From NCBI GenBank assembly GCA_048882325.1, contig JBHLRS010000011.1, positions 38,521-102,520 of the forward strand: a DNA stretch of 64,000 bases, given 5' to 3'. Positions 38,756-48,261 of this stretch are shown piece after piece. The position numbers were made by a program, and so were the translations under genes. Each line of letters opens with the position of its first letter. Positions within the stretch are counted from its first letter, which is position 1. The DNA is from Candidatus Thorarchaeota archaeon. GTDB taxonomy: Archaea; Asgardarchaeota; Thorarchaeia; Thorarchaeales; Thorarchaeaceae. The notes beneath the pieces were generated by a model. The model was not told the DNA's origin, did no database searches, and saw nothing but the letters and a program-made list of their open reading frames with translations.

Positions 38756-41700
38756 TCAATCACTCCATTCACTGGGTAGCGATCCAACCACACCACGAAT
38801 CTTCCTTCGAAGAACAACACCTATTGCTGCCAAGACACCAAATCCACCTAGTAGCGGCGTAGTAGCAGCATCTAGCTGAAGTTGCATGGTTTCATTCACA
38901 ATTGTCACAACCATTGGATACTCCTGATTATTGATGATTGGCAAACCGCTGATTGTGGTGTTGAGATTGTACGTACCTACCTCTCGTGCGTCGAAATCAA
39001 TTGATACAATGGCATGGACACCCACTTCGAATGTCCAATGTCCCACCTCGTTTCCATCTGGATAATAAAGCCAAGCATCAAGAAAGCCGTTCCAGTCTGG
39101 ATGAGTTCCCAAGATTGTAACTGACACATTGATGGTGCAATGTTTTCCGACGTATAGATTTGAGGTTGGGTTAATATCTAACAGCACCACTGGTGTTACA
39201 AGAAGGCTGACCTCTACTGAAACTTGATTTTGTGTTGCTGAACCTGCAAAATACACCTTTACAATATGAGTCCCTGAGAGAAGTCCCAAGAGATTGATTG
39301 ATGCTACTCCTTGTGAGTTAGTAATCAAGGTTTCTTGAAGTTCAATGACCCCTTCTTGAGTCACAGTGATAATGATTGAGGCTCCTGAGATTCTTCCAAG
39401 TACTCCACTCAAGGTCGTTGAAACCGGGACAAGTTCCCCAAAGGTCATGAGGTCTGGCATATCTACAGTCAAGGAACTTGGATAGCGAATCACAATGAGC
39501 ATCTCAAGAGATGTTGAATTGAGAAATGCATCTCCTTCAAACAACAGAAATATTCTGTATTCTCCAGTAAAGATTGGATTCCAAGATACCTCACTCCCCT
39601 CTAGGGTGGAGGTGACTGCTGTCCGATCAGTCAGAGCACTTCCGTAAATCTCTCTACCTGCTGGATTGTATATACTCACCCACACAGTTGCATCCAACAC
39701 AGTATCGTTGAGAGAGTCCTTCAGGATGAATGACAGGGAATGCTGTTCAGAGATGAATCCAGTGAGATTCTCATCAACAATTTCGATGTGAGTCAAGCTC
39801 ACAACTGAGAACATCAACATTGAAGCACACCCGATGCGAGTTTCTGATTCCATGACAGTGACGCTCAATGTATAGTTACCAACTGGGAGTCCCTGAGTTA
39901 CGAAAGACAGGGACATCTCGTTCCATGTTAGATACTCAGTTAGATTCACAAGACCCTGAGGTCCAGCAAGCTCCACAGTAACACCAAGCTCAGTAAGGGT
40001 GATTGTTGAGAATTGCTCGTCTATAATGGTGATAGAGATAGGCAACCAAATAGACCTGTCAATCTCAGATGGCATGTCTGTGGATACTGTTGTTGTCCCA
40101 AGCACCCACACCTGGAGGGCTGCATTGGATGGGTGATAATGAGTGGTCCCTGCGAATGATACTATGATTGTGTAGTTTCCCATCATGTCTAGAGTTATGT
40201 TCAAGACCATTGGATCAGTTCCAGACTGTATAAGGTTCCCATTAATGATCAGGCCGAGAGTCTGATGATGCGCTTCATAGTGAACGGTGAAGCCCTCGAG
40301 CGGAGTTCCACCTGAATCGCGAAGGAGGATAGAAAGTGATGCAGGAGTAGTTCCCGCTATGATGTTCCCCGTATCAATGAGTGAAAAAACAATTGCAGTT
40401 GCGTATCGTACATTGATGTCATCAGACGTGGCAATAGGAAGATAAACTCCAAGACCGCTGAATGAGACATCTAGGACCCAAAGGCCCTCATCATTCAGTG
40501 TTGAACCCCAATGGATATGACCTGTTGCGTTGGTGACCAGATAAACGGGTCCAATAATGTTGGCACCAGGACCGTCAACAGTTAGAGTCAGATTTCTTCC
40601 CACTAGAGGATTTCCCCTATGATCGGTCAGCAGAGCTTCCACGACAATTTCCTCTCCGACCTCAAGGTCATGGGCGGAGAGCATCGTTGTCAATTGAGTG
40701 CCTGAGTACACTGTGTGGTATGTTGTGTCAGAGAAACTATGAACTGATGATGCTCCTGAAGAAGATACAACGAGGGTGTAGAGCCCAACCATGTTTGGAG
40801 TAAACTCAATTACAGCTGCACCTTGAGTAACGCTTACAGATATTGACATGGTGAAGTACCCAAGCTGTACTTGGTCCCCGTATGGGTCAAATAGCGATAC
40901 AATCAATGTGAGACCGTCGATTGGTGCGCCAAGTTCGTCTTCTATCCAGATAGTGATGTTGGTCATGGAGTTTGCGGTAGGTGGATTCGGTTCAAGGCTG
41001 GTCTCGACGACACAGTCAGTCATGACCACCAAGAGTTCCTGTATCTCGCCTCCGATAAGGAATTGATCCGGAGTTGGACCTGCATTGACTCTCAGGATAC
41101 CATGACTCTCAACCGCGGTATAGGATACAAATGCCATCCCGGAGGAGTTCGTAGTAATATCTGCATTCCAGACTGGAACAAGGTCCATTCCTAGAACCTC
41201 AAAATGTATGGTTATACCCCCCCTCAAACCACTTGTTAAGTTGTAGACAAGGATGGTTGAGTCAAACAGATCAATCTCTGAAGGTGTGAGCCAAAGTTGA
41301 CCTGTGACATATTCGAGAATTGAGATAGTTGTTGAGGTTGAGTTTGATAGAACATACAAATCTCCAGTATGCAGAACTGATATTGTCGCAAGACCGCCCT
41401 CGGATGGATCCCAGTAGATGCTAAGTAGACCTGGTACAGATGTGGCTGTGGTTTCAAAGACTATGACACTGCTTTGTTCAATGGTGAGTGTAATCGGTCT
41501 TCCAGAGATGTAATTACCAAGTGCATCCACATACCCAATTTGAATCTCTAGAGAATCTCCAACAAGTGAACTAGGATCATGCATTATCTCGATGATTGGA
41601 GTCACATACACTCTCTGAGGTACTGCATCGGTGGCACTCACGTTCAGTCCATAACCTGCGTAGGTCGCGGTTATAATGAAATCTCCAACCTCAAGAAACT

Positions 41701-44700
41701 GCTGGGCCAATGTGTGCTTTCCATACTCGTCTGTCAATTCAGACATTGATGTGAGGATGGTGCCATTACTCCATGTTATGGTGACCTCGATTTGTGAACC
41801 AACCATAGGTGTTCCACTCCAATCGCGGAGAGTAATGACAATACCAATGGTGGCTCCCTGTTCAATGGGCAGTCCTGGTGTGGTTATTGTCAAAGTTGTA
41901 GCAGCATAGACGGTTGTGCTCTCTATAGCTGAGGTTTCGAGTAACCAACCCTGAGTAATTAGCTGTGCATAGAACTGGAGGATGCCCGGTGTGTCAAGAA
42001 TCAGATTGATGACCACAGTTCCGTCAACTCCTGTTGCATGATATGCATCATGTATAATGGTGCCGTTTAAGGTGATGAAACAATAAACACTTGCTCCTTG
42101 AATGGGAGATGAATTGGAGTCTATCACATTTACCACAAGGGGTCGTGATGTTGGTGCGACTGCGTCAGCAGGTAAAGTGATAGTCATTATCGGAGTTTCA
42201 AAGACCTCATCTGGTACCAGATCCGTAGCACTCTGATACCACAGCTGTTCTGCAGATGTAACTATGATAGTGTTACTACCTCTCATACTAGGAGTCCATG
42301 ATATTGATAGTGCCCCTCCTGTTGTGACTCCCGAGTCAGTGAAGAGAAGCTCATCTCCAGGACCTCGAACCTCAACTGTAACTGCCAGTCCAGATATCGG
42401 TGCCATCAAGTGGTCAACTGCACTCACATTAATCCAGTTACTGACCCCGACTTCCGAGCTTGAAATAACTGTTACAGTAAGTGAGACCGGTATCAACACA
42501 TCAAAGTCAATCTGACCTGTTGCTACCTCCCGAGAGAGGGAACCAGCATATATGGCCTCGTATCTATATGTCCCAGCAGAGTTTGCGACCCACACGAGGG
42601 AGACCTCACCAGTTGAGTTTGTAGAAAGAGTTTGATCAAGTATTGTGGTTGATGGTAGAAGGACTATCCTCAGAGTGATTGATTGCCCCATAATTGGATT
42701 CGACAGAGAGTCACTAAGATGGGCCCACAACGAACAAGTGTCACCAATCTCAACCTCAGCACCAACACTGCCTATCTGAAGATTACTGGATGACCATGAT
42801 ATCAATGACTCCGTGTCGGTTGTTCCAAGAAGTAGAATTCCACCAGTATAATCCGCTTGAAGCAAATACACTCCATTCTCTGACAGTGTTATAGTGAATG
42901 TCACGTATCCCGTCGAATTGGTAACAAGGTCCGAATCTAACACCACACTTGACGAAGGTGCGGTTATAGTCACATGCATTATCTGTCCTGTTAGTGGTTC
43001 TCCTCCTGTGGTTTCAAGCAGTATATCGAGTGAAACCTCTGTGTATTGAAATTCAGTACCAATTCCACTCCAGGTTATTGCCGTGTGTTCAGAAACTGTT
43101 ATGACCCCTGAGACCTGATTTCCCTCTAGCGACTGGTTTCCTGGAAAGATCAGTGTGAATGTGTGTACATCTCGACCTGATGGGATCCAAGTAAATGAGC
43201 TTCCTCCAATCCTAGAGATGTCCAGGTCAGTGTAGACTGTTGCATCCAGCGAGTTCTTGATTGTCAGAATGACTTCTTGACCTGAGATCTGGCTAGAGTT
43301 GGCGGCATGGTGAAGTGACCAATCTATCAAAATTGATTCTCCAACTGCACCAGTAAGACTAGACGATGCGGAGATGTATGTCGGATTGGGCTGTGCAATC
43401 ACAACCTCATCAATTAAGACTAATTGTGTACAGTAAGGTTTCTCAATTGTGATTGTAAGTGTATATGTACCTGCATCAAGACCTGAGGTTGGTACTGAGA
43501 ACCAGAAAAGTGAGCTCTTATCATAGTACCACTCTAAACCCCCAAGATTGATGGTTACTTGTGACTCCCCTGTGTCAACGTTTCCGACAAGAGACCATGA
43601 AATCGTACCATTGACACCCTCACCCATCTTCACAGTTGGTGTTTCAAGATCGAGAAATCCCACAATTGTCCCTTGAACTGAAACACTTAGTAAGTCATAT
43701 GCTTTTGATGCACCCCAATCTATCACTCTGATCGCAACGTCTGCAGAGCCCAATACATCCACACTTGCTGGGACTGGAACCATCAGTGTATCAACGTTGG
43801 CTACATTTGTATAGAGGTGCCACTGTCCAAAAGAGTGGACCAAGACAGAGTGACTTGCTGACACAGCGGTAATCGTCACAGAGACTGGCAAATCTGCACC
43901 TGGTACAGTGGTTGCACCAGCAGACGCAATGATTATTGTTGAGGGTACATCAATATACTTACACCTGAGTCCTAGAATGGAAACCATCCTGAACACTGAT
44001 TCAGTGATGACAGGTTGTCGCAAACTTGTTGAGTTGTACCATCCGGTTTCAAAATGTGACCTCAAGGCGCTATCGACCTGCAATCGGTCTATCGACTCTA
44101 AATCCGTGGAGAACGCAGAGGAGTTCAAGAGAGAAAGGGTTGCCACATCATATGACAGCGCCAAGAGGTCTGTGTATTGCAAACGAGTTTCTATAGCTGC
44201 AGTGATTTCGGAAGCCATACTCGCTGTGAGAATGCCAAGTCGTAATGCAGCTCTTGTTGAGAGAAAATCAATTGCTTCCTGATTTCCAGCATAGGGCTCA
44301 AGCGACCATCCAGATGGGTCCCAAGAACCCGATGTATACTCAGATAAAACAGCTGACTCAAGTATTGACCTATACGGAATTGTATCTAGTTCATCAAGAA
44401 GATATAAGGTTTCAATTGCTGCGACGGAGTATTGCATATGTGCAGTCCCACTCATGTAAATGGGTCTGTAGTGTCCTGTCACCCACTGTGCCTGCGAGAG
44501 GAACAGGACCACCTCTGAGATGACTCCAGGAGAGAGACTGACACCAAGGGACTCTGCCATGGAGGTTCCAAAGTACTGAGTCCAAACACTCATAGTCCTG
44601 TATTGGTTAAGCCCATAGTCAGGCGGACTCACAGCAGTGATATTTTCCCAAAGAGGGTACATGTTCAGTTTGTCAAAATATGAAAGATACTCTGCTGCAA

Positions 44701-46549
44701 GATTCAAATCGATTGAATTCGATGAATGTGACAGTCTGCTTGCGCTGAGAATCCAACTACTCCACATGAGCGATGGGAATACTTCCATTGTTTCATAACC
44801 AATGTCTGTGGATATTGAAGCGACATAAGCTATGATCCCACTAGCTAGACTCCCTCCTGTTTCACTCAATTCCTCAAGACAGGCAGCTACGCGACTGGTT
44901 TCCCGAGTCTTGGCGACGAGATCTGATGCTTTGGATTTGATTCCAAAACCGCCTGAGCTGAGTTGATTGTTGGAGAACCATGTGAGCCCTGTGGTCCTAT
45001 TACTAACACTAAGGGTTCCAAGAATCTGCATAGTTGCGAGAGCTGATGCTGTTCCAGTGACAAGTTCCTCATCGGGATTGTGAGAGTTTCTGTATGAGCC
45101 ATCGCCATTTGCTGTACGAGTGACTATCCAACTGGTGAGTTTAGCAGGATCAGGATGCGCCTTCCCTATGTATTGCAGAGACCTGAGATATTTGAGCGCG
45201 TAGTCGTTTGTCGCTGATAGACTGGTTGGATTCGAGCCAATTGCTCCCCACAGGTCTGGGTCCGATGTTTTACCCCCATCAATCACAAGCGATCTCAACC
45301 AACTCTCAAGATTAGCACTGTTTATGGAACCAAGTTGACCCGCCTGGTATAGCGCTTCAGTCACGTGGTATGTTGATGTTATGCTATTTTCGAATCCTCC
45401 GTCAACATCCTGACGTGAGCTCAGGTAGGTAACTATCTCCGCAACATTGAACGACCCAGTCAAGCCCATTGTATCAATGAGCCACAGTCCCTGGGCAGTG
45501 CTCCGGCAGTTGACGACTCCGTCACTAGTCGATGTCATGTACCCCGTTTCTGAACCATAATCAACCTCCAAAGTTTCTAGCAGGCTTTGAACCAGCGCGC
45601 TGTTCTGGGAAATCCATGTGGTCCATGCTGCACCTGAGAGAAGGGAATATGACGAATAAGCTGCATAGTATGCTTCCGCGATGGTGGGCTCATGCATATA
45701 TGTGAAACCACCTGCTAGGAGCGACCCTGCAGGGTCCTGACGGTCAGCTAGTGCGGTAGCTGTTGACGTTTCTCGCAAGGCTGATGAGAATGCAATTGTG
45801 TTCTGCAATAAGCCACGGCCTGTGCCAGTCAACAATGCTGGGTCCTCGCAGGAAAGGAGGAACACATCAAGGGGATACGAGTCATAACGCAAAGATGCAA
45901 GATTCCCTGAGGAGGCATCAGTCAAATCGACCAGTCTGGACATTTCGGTCTGAGTCTGGTCTACAGGAAGACTGAGACCGGATTCAGTGGTCAGGGATGT
46001 GCCCACCGAAAGTGGAACTGGGGATGTAATGAAGACCGCTCCTGCATACTCTGCAGATTCTTGTAAGACCACTGTAGCAGGAGCGGTTAGAGAGGGTGGA
46101 CTGGCTCCTCTCAGTCTGTGAAGTATCCATGCTGAGCGCCCGGTGAGAATCAGGGTGATGTCCTTCTGAATGAGTAGATCAATCAACGTCTGAGAAACCG
46201 CTGCCCCATCACCTGAACCGACACTAGCATCAACGAGTATAACCGAAACCCTAGTCAGCAGGTCTGAGTCTGCGATGACATCAGCGACATCTATAACTCG
46301 GGAGACCATGCCTGATGAGTTAAGAATCTGAGACCAAATAGTACCCCGATTCGAGATGTCACCCCCTGAAAATTCCAAGACAAGATATGGCTCTGTATCG
46401 ACCATGAGTGGTGGATCTGCGGAAACTGCGAATTCCTCCATTGGTCTTGCATCTCTTTGGTTTACAGGAGTAAATCCTTGTGAAGTTGTATCAATCGGGA
46501 TGACTAAAAGCATGAATGATATGATGAGTATTAGTAGAGCGCGCTTCAT
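38756..46549 (-). CDS. Giant cell-surface protein: prenyltransferase/squalene-cyclase-like alpha-alpha repeats + Ig-like repeats + C-terminal TM
   Basis: Signal peptide MKRALLILIISFMLLVIP after GGAGG; QxxxGGF repeats (RQDVDGGF, TANGDGSY, NQLSSGGF); many TNxxG / YxG Ig-like repeats; TM followed by RRK. Confidence 0.85.
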   Translation of the reverse strand: MKRALLILIISFMLLVIPIDTTSQGFTPVNQRDARPMEEFAVSADPPLMVDTEPYLVLEFSGGDISNRGTIWSQILNSSGMVSRVIDVADVIADSDLLTRVSVILVDASVGSGDGAAVSQTLIDLLIQKDITLILTGRSAWILHRLRGASPPSLTAPATVVLQESAEYAGAVFITSPVPLSVGTSLTTESGLSLPVDQTQTEMSRLVDLTDASSGNLASLRYDSYPLDVFLLSCEDPALLTGTGRGLLQNTIAFSSALRETSTATALADRQDPAGSLLAGGFTYMHEPTIAEAYYAAYSSYSLLSGAAWTTWISQNSALVQSLLETLEVDYGSETGYMTSTSDGVVNCRSTAQGLWLIDTMGLTGSFNVAEIVTYLSSRQDVDGGFENSITSTYHVTEALYQAGQLGSINSANLESWLRSLVIDGGKTSDPDLWGAIGSNPTSLSATNDYALKYLRSLQYIGKAHPDPAKLTSWIVTRTANGDGSYRNSHNPDEELVTGTASALATMQILGTLSVSNRTTGLTWFSNNQLSSGGFGIKSKASDLVAKTRETSRVAACLEELSETGGSLASGIIAYVASISTDIGYETMEVFPSLMWSSWILSASRLSHSSNSIDLNLAAEYLSYFDKLNMYPLWENITAVSPPDYGLNQYRTMSVWTQYFGTSMAESLGVSLSPGVISEVVLFLSQAQWVTGHYRPIYMSGTAHMQYSVAAIETLYLLDELDTIPYRSILESAVLSEYTSGSWDPSGWSLEPYAGNQEAIDFLSTRAALRLGILTASMASEITAAIETRLQYTDLLALSYDVATLSLLNSSAFSTDLESIDRLQVDSALRSHFETGWYNSTSLRQPVITESVFRMVSILGLRCKYIDVPSTIIIASAGATTVPGADLPVSVTITAVSASHSVLVHSFGQWHLYTNVANVDTLMVPVPASVDVLGSADVAIRVIDWGASKAYDLLSVSVQGTIVGFLDLETPTVKMGEGVNGTISWSLVGNVDTGESQVTINLGGLEWYYDKSSLFWFSVPTSGLDAGTYTLTITIEKPYCTQLVLIDEVVIAQPNPTYISASSSLTGAVGESILIDWSLHHAANSSQISGQEVILTIKNSLDATVYTDLDISRIGGSSFTWIPSGRDVHTFTLIFPGNQSLEGNQVSGVITVSEHTAITWSGIGTEFQYTEVSLDILLETTGGEPLTGQIMHVTITAPSSSVVLDSDLVTNSTGYVTFTITLSENGVYLLQADYTGGILLLGTTDTESLISWSSSNLQIGSVGAEVEIGDTCSLWAHLSDSLSNPIMGQSITLRIVLLPSTTILDQTLSTNSTGEVSLVWVANSAGTYRYEAIYAGSLSREVATGQIDFDVLIPVSLTVTVISSSEVGVSNWINVSAVDHLMAPISGLAVTVEVRGPGDELLFTDSGVTTGGALSISWTPSMRGSNTIIVTSAEQLWYQSATDLVPDEVFETPIMTITLPADAVAPTSRPLVVNVIDSNSSPIQGASVYCFITLNGTIIHDAYHATGVDGTVVINLILDTPGILQFYAQLITQGWLLETSAIESTTVYAATTLTITTPGLPIEQGATIGIVITLRDWSGTPMVGSQIEVTITWSNGTILTSMSELTDEYGKHTLAQQFLEVGDFIITATYAGYGLNVSATDAVPQRVYVTPIIEIMHDPSSLVGDSLEIQIGYVDALGNYISGRPITLTIEQSSVIVFETTATSVPGLLSIYWDPSEGGLATISVLHTGDLYVLSNSTSTTISILEYVTGQLWLTPSEIDLFDSTILVYNLTSGLRGGITIHFEVLGMDLVPVWNADITTNSSGMAFVSYTAVESHGILRVNAGPTPDQFLIGGEIQELLVVMTDCVVETSLEPNPPTANSMTNITIWIEDELGAPIDGLTLIVSLFDPYGDQVQLGYFTMSISVSVTQGAAVIEFTPNMVGLYTLVVSSSGASSVHSFSDTTYHTVYSGTQLTTMLSAHDLEVGEEIVVEALLTDHRGNPLVGRNLTLTVDGPGANIIGPVYLVTNATGHIHWGSTLNDEGLWVLDVSFSGLGVYLPIATSDDINVRYATAIVFSLIDTGNIIAGTTPASLSILLRDSGGTPLEGFTVHYEAHHQTLGLIINGNLIQSGTDPMVLNITLDMMGNYTIIVSFAGTTHYHPSNAALQVWVLGTTTVSTDMPSEIDRSIWLPISITIIDEQFSTITLTELGVTVELAGPQGLVNLTEYLTWNEMSLSFVTQGLPVGNYTLSVTVMESETRIGCASMLMFSVVSLTHIEIVDENLTGFISEQHSLSFILKDSLNDTVLDATVWVSIYNPAGREIYGSALTDRTAVTSTLEGSEVSWNPIFTGEYRIFLLFEGDAFLNSTSLEMLIVIRYPSSLTVDMPDLMTFGELVPVSTTLSGVLGRISGASIIITVTQEGVIELQETLITNSQGVASINLLGLLSGTHIVKVYFAGSATQNQVSVEVSLLVTPVVLLDINPTSNLYVGKHCTINVSVTILGTHPDWNGFLDAWLYYPDGNEVGHWTFEVGVHAIVSIDFDAREVGTYNLNTTISGLPIINNQEYPMVVTIVNETMQLQLDAATTPLLGGFGVLAAIGVVLRRKIRGVVGSLPSEWSD

Positions 46550-46579
46550 TATGGCTGGTCCTCCCATAAGTCTGAAGGG

Positions 46580-46694
46580 TGTCCTACGGGTCGGATCTCT
46601 ACTGCGGAAAACAGGTCGAAGGGGGATCGGCAAGAGAATAGACCTGAAAGACTTGTAGAACAAGGGTGTGGGTAATTCGATCCGACCCGGGACA
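46580..46694. other. Nested inverted repeat / putative structured RNA leader
   Basis: CGGGTCGGATC (46587-46597) is the exact reverse complement of GATCCGACCCG (46679-46689), extended by TGTCC/GGACA across a 2-nt bulge. Inner pairs: TCTAC/GTAGA and CAGGTC/GACCTG. Confidence 0.6.
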
Positions 46695-46718
46695 TTGCTG
46701 TTTGCATGATCGTTCTAT

Positions 46719-47318
46719 TCATATTCCCACCCCGACATACGCATAGAACACTATGAGGACTGCAAGTGCGAGAAAAAGTTCTGCAACTCCCCTTCCGGGG
46801 TGCTTCTGCAGTGCCGCTCCCAAGAGGTGGAAATCTCCCCCTCGCAGCGAACTGTTGAAGAGCACGCACAAAGCCAAGTACCAGCAGAGCAGTATAACAG
46901 GAGCTCTGAGCAGGAGCACCACTGGAAGAAAGAGAAGTGTGAAACCAATGTACAGCGATGCCACTGTGCTCACATAGAGGGCGGTAACAAGCACTGCAAC
47001 CTTTGGCGGACGGTCAACCTTCAGGAACAAGTTCAGCTCGGCGTACGTGCTGCCTCCTCCAATCCCTTCTAGATCTATTCCGAGGAGCGAACACACACCA
47101 TATCTAACTGCAGTGTTGATGAGCATCCCTGGTAGGAAGACGAATGTCGCGATTGACAGAACCGTGTTTCTCGTCCATGAAACGAGTGCGCGTCTATTTC
47201 CTGTCAATAAGAGTGCAGAGCGAACAATTGTTGCTACTACCACAACGAGTGGAGCTATTTTTACCGAGAAGATTAGGTTCGTCGCTAGCAATGCTAGCAC
47301 ATCTGCCTCGGTCTGCAT
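46719..47318 (-). CDS. Membrane protein, degenerate M50/zincin-like metalloprotease fold
   Basis: About 5 TM; FLPGMLINTAVRYGVCSLLG aligns with PGxxxHExxHxxxCxxxG but lacks HExxH; AGGAGGT SD. Confidence 0.65.
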   Translation of the reverse strand: MQTEADVLALLATNLIFSVKIAPLVVVVATIVRSALLLTGNRRALVSWTRNTVLSIATFVFLPGMLINTAVRYGVCSLLGIDLEGIGGGSTYAELNLFLKVDRPPKVAVLVTALYVSTVASLYIGFTLLFLPVVLLLRAPVILLCWYLALCVLFNSSLRGGDFHLLGAALQKHPGRGVAELFLALAVLIVFYAYVGVGI

Positions 47319-47584
47319 CAGCAGACCTCCTTTGGTTGTCTTTCCGCTTCCATTTTACAGTCCTGTGCAAGAGAACGCAACAAATGTTCAAAGCACTTTT
47401 CAACTCTCATGATATGGCATAATAGTAAATTAGAAGGAATTTAAAGGACAAATAGGCTTAGCGTATGGAAATAATAGTTAAGAATCAATTTTATGATGAA
47501 AAGGAGAACTATGAGGACTTATTTTATCAACTCATTGGTCAAAAGTGCAAAAATCGGATGTTCGCAGCTTTCAAAAATCATGGA

Positions 47585-48175
47585 TTATTTCTTTGGTTTT
47601 TCCCTTTGCTCAGCGTTGAGTGTTGTTATACCTGATGAATCAGTGTCCATTCTTCTGAATGATCGGGCAAGTGAGTGAATTGAGGTCTCCACTTCTATGC
47701 CCTGTTCGAGGCAGACTGACTTGAGAACAGTGAGAGCTGTCGGTGACCATCCAGCAACATCGAGTACACCTGGTGTGATCATTGAACGAAGAATCCTTCT
47801 GAATCCCTCGCGATGAGCTGGAGTCAGCACTCGTGCGAGGACATGCATGACGACTTTTCTATCTCCTGTCCCAGAATAACCACAAACAACAAGCAATCTC
47901 TGTACAGCATCATAGGTGTTCAGAATTTCTAAGATTTTCAATGCTGAAAACCAACGCTCCTGATCATCAGAAAGCAACAGCCGATCACAGAAGGCGAGGA
48001 CTCCAGGGTCTCGACGTCTGGCAAGTTCGAGGAGTACTGGTTCACGAAGAATGATGTGTAGAGACTCATCTTTTGCAGTATCCCATAGACTCTCTGTCAG
48101 GGTTTCTTGAAGAGATGGAGCAGAATAATCAGGGAGCGAAGACGAGAACTCCAAGATTAACTGATTTTGCCTCAT
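47585..48175 (-). CDS. Hypothetical helical (HEAT-like) protein
   Basis: LREPVLLELARRRDP..LLLSDDQERWFSALKIL pattern. Confidence 0.6.
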   Translation of the reverse strand: MRQNQLILEFSSSLPDYSAPSLQETLTESLWDTAKDESLHIILREPVLLELARRRDPGVLAFCDRLLLSDDQERWFSALKILEILNTYDAVQRLLVVCGYSGTGDRKVVMHVLARVLTPAHREGFRRILRSMITPGVLDVAGWSPTALTVLKSVCLEQGIEVETSIHSLARSFRRMDTDSSGITTLNAEQREKPKK

Positions 48176-48261
48176 GTAATACTGTCTTGCTCTATGCTAA
48201 TAAGCTCCTAAGGTGTGTATCCTATAGTAATAAGTGGAGTCAACTCCATCAAGTGGTTACG

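Noticed and set aside
38756-46549. Alpha-2-macroglobulin/thioester protein or true squalene cyclase call for the giant protein
   Set aside because: No CGEQ thioester motif and no DxDD catalytic motif were found; only the generic helical repeat is supported.
46550-46663. 38-aa N-terminal extension of the giant ORF in the ORF track
   Set aside because: The ATG at 46549 has a GGAGG SD and begins a signal peptide; the extension overlaps the inverted-repeat element.
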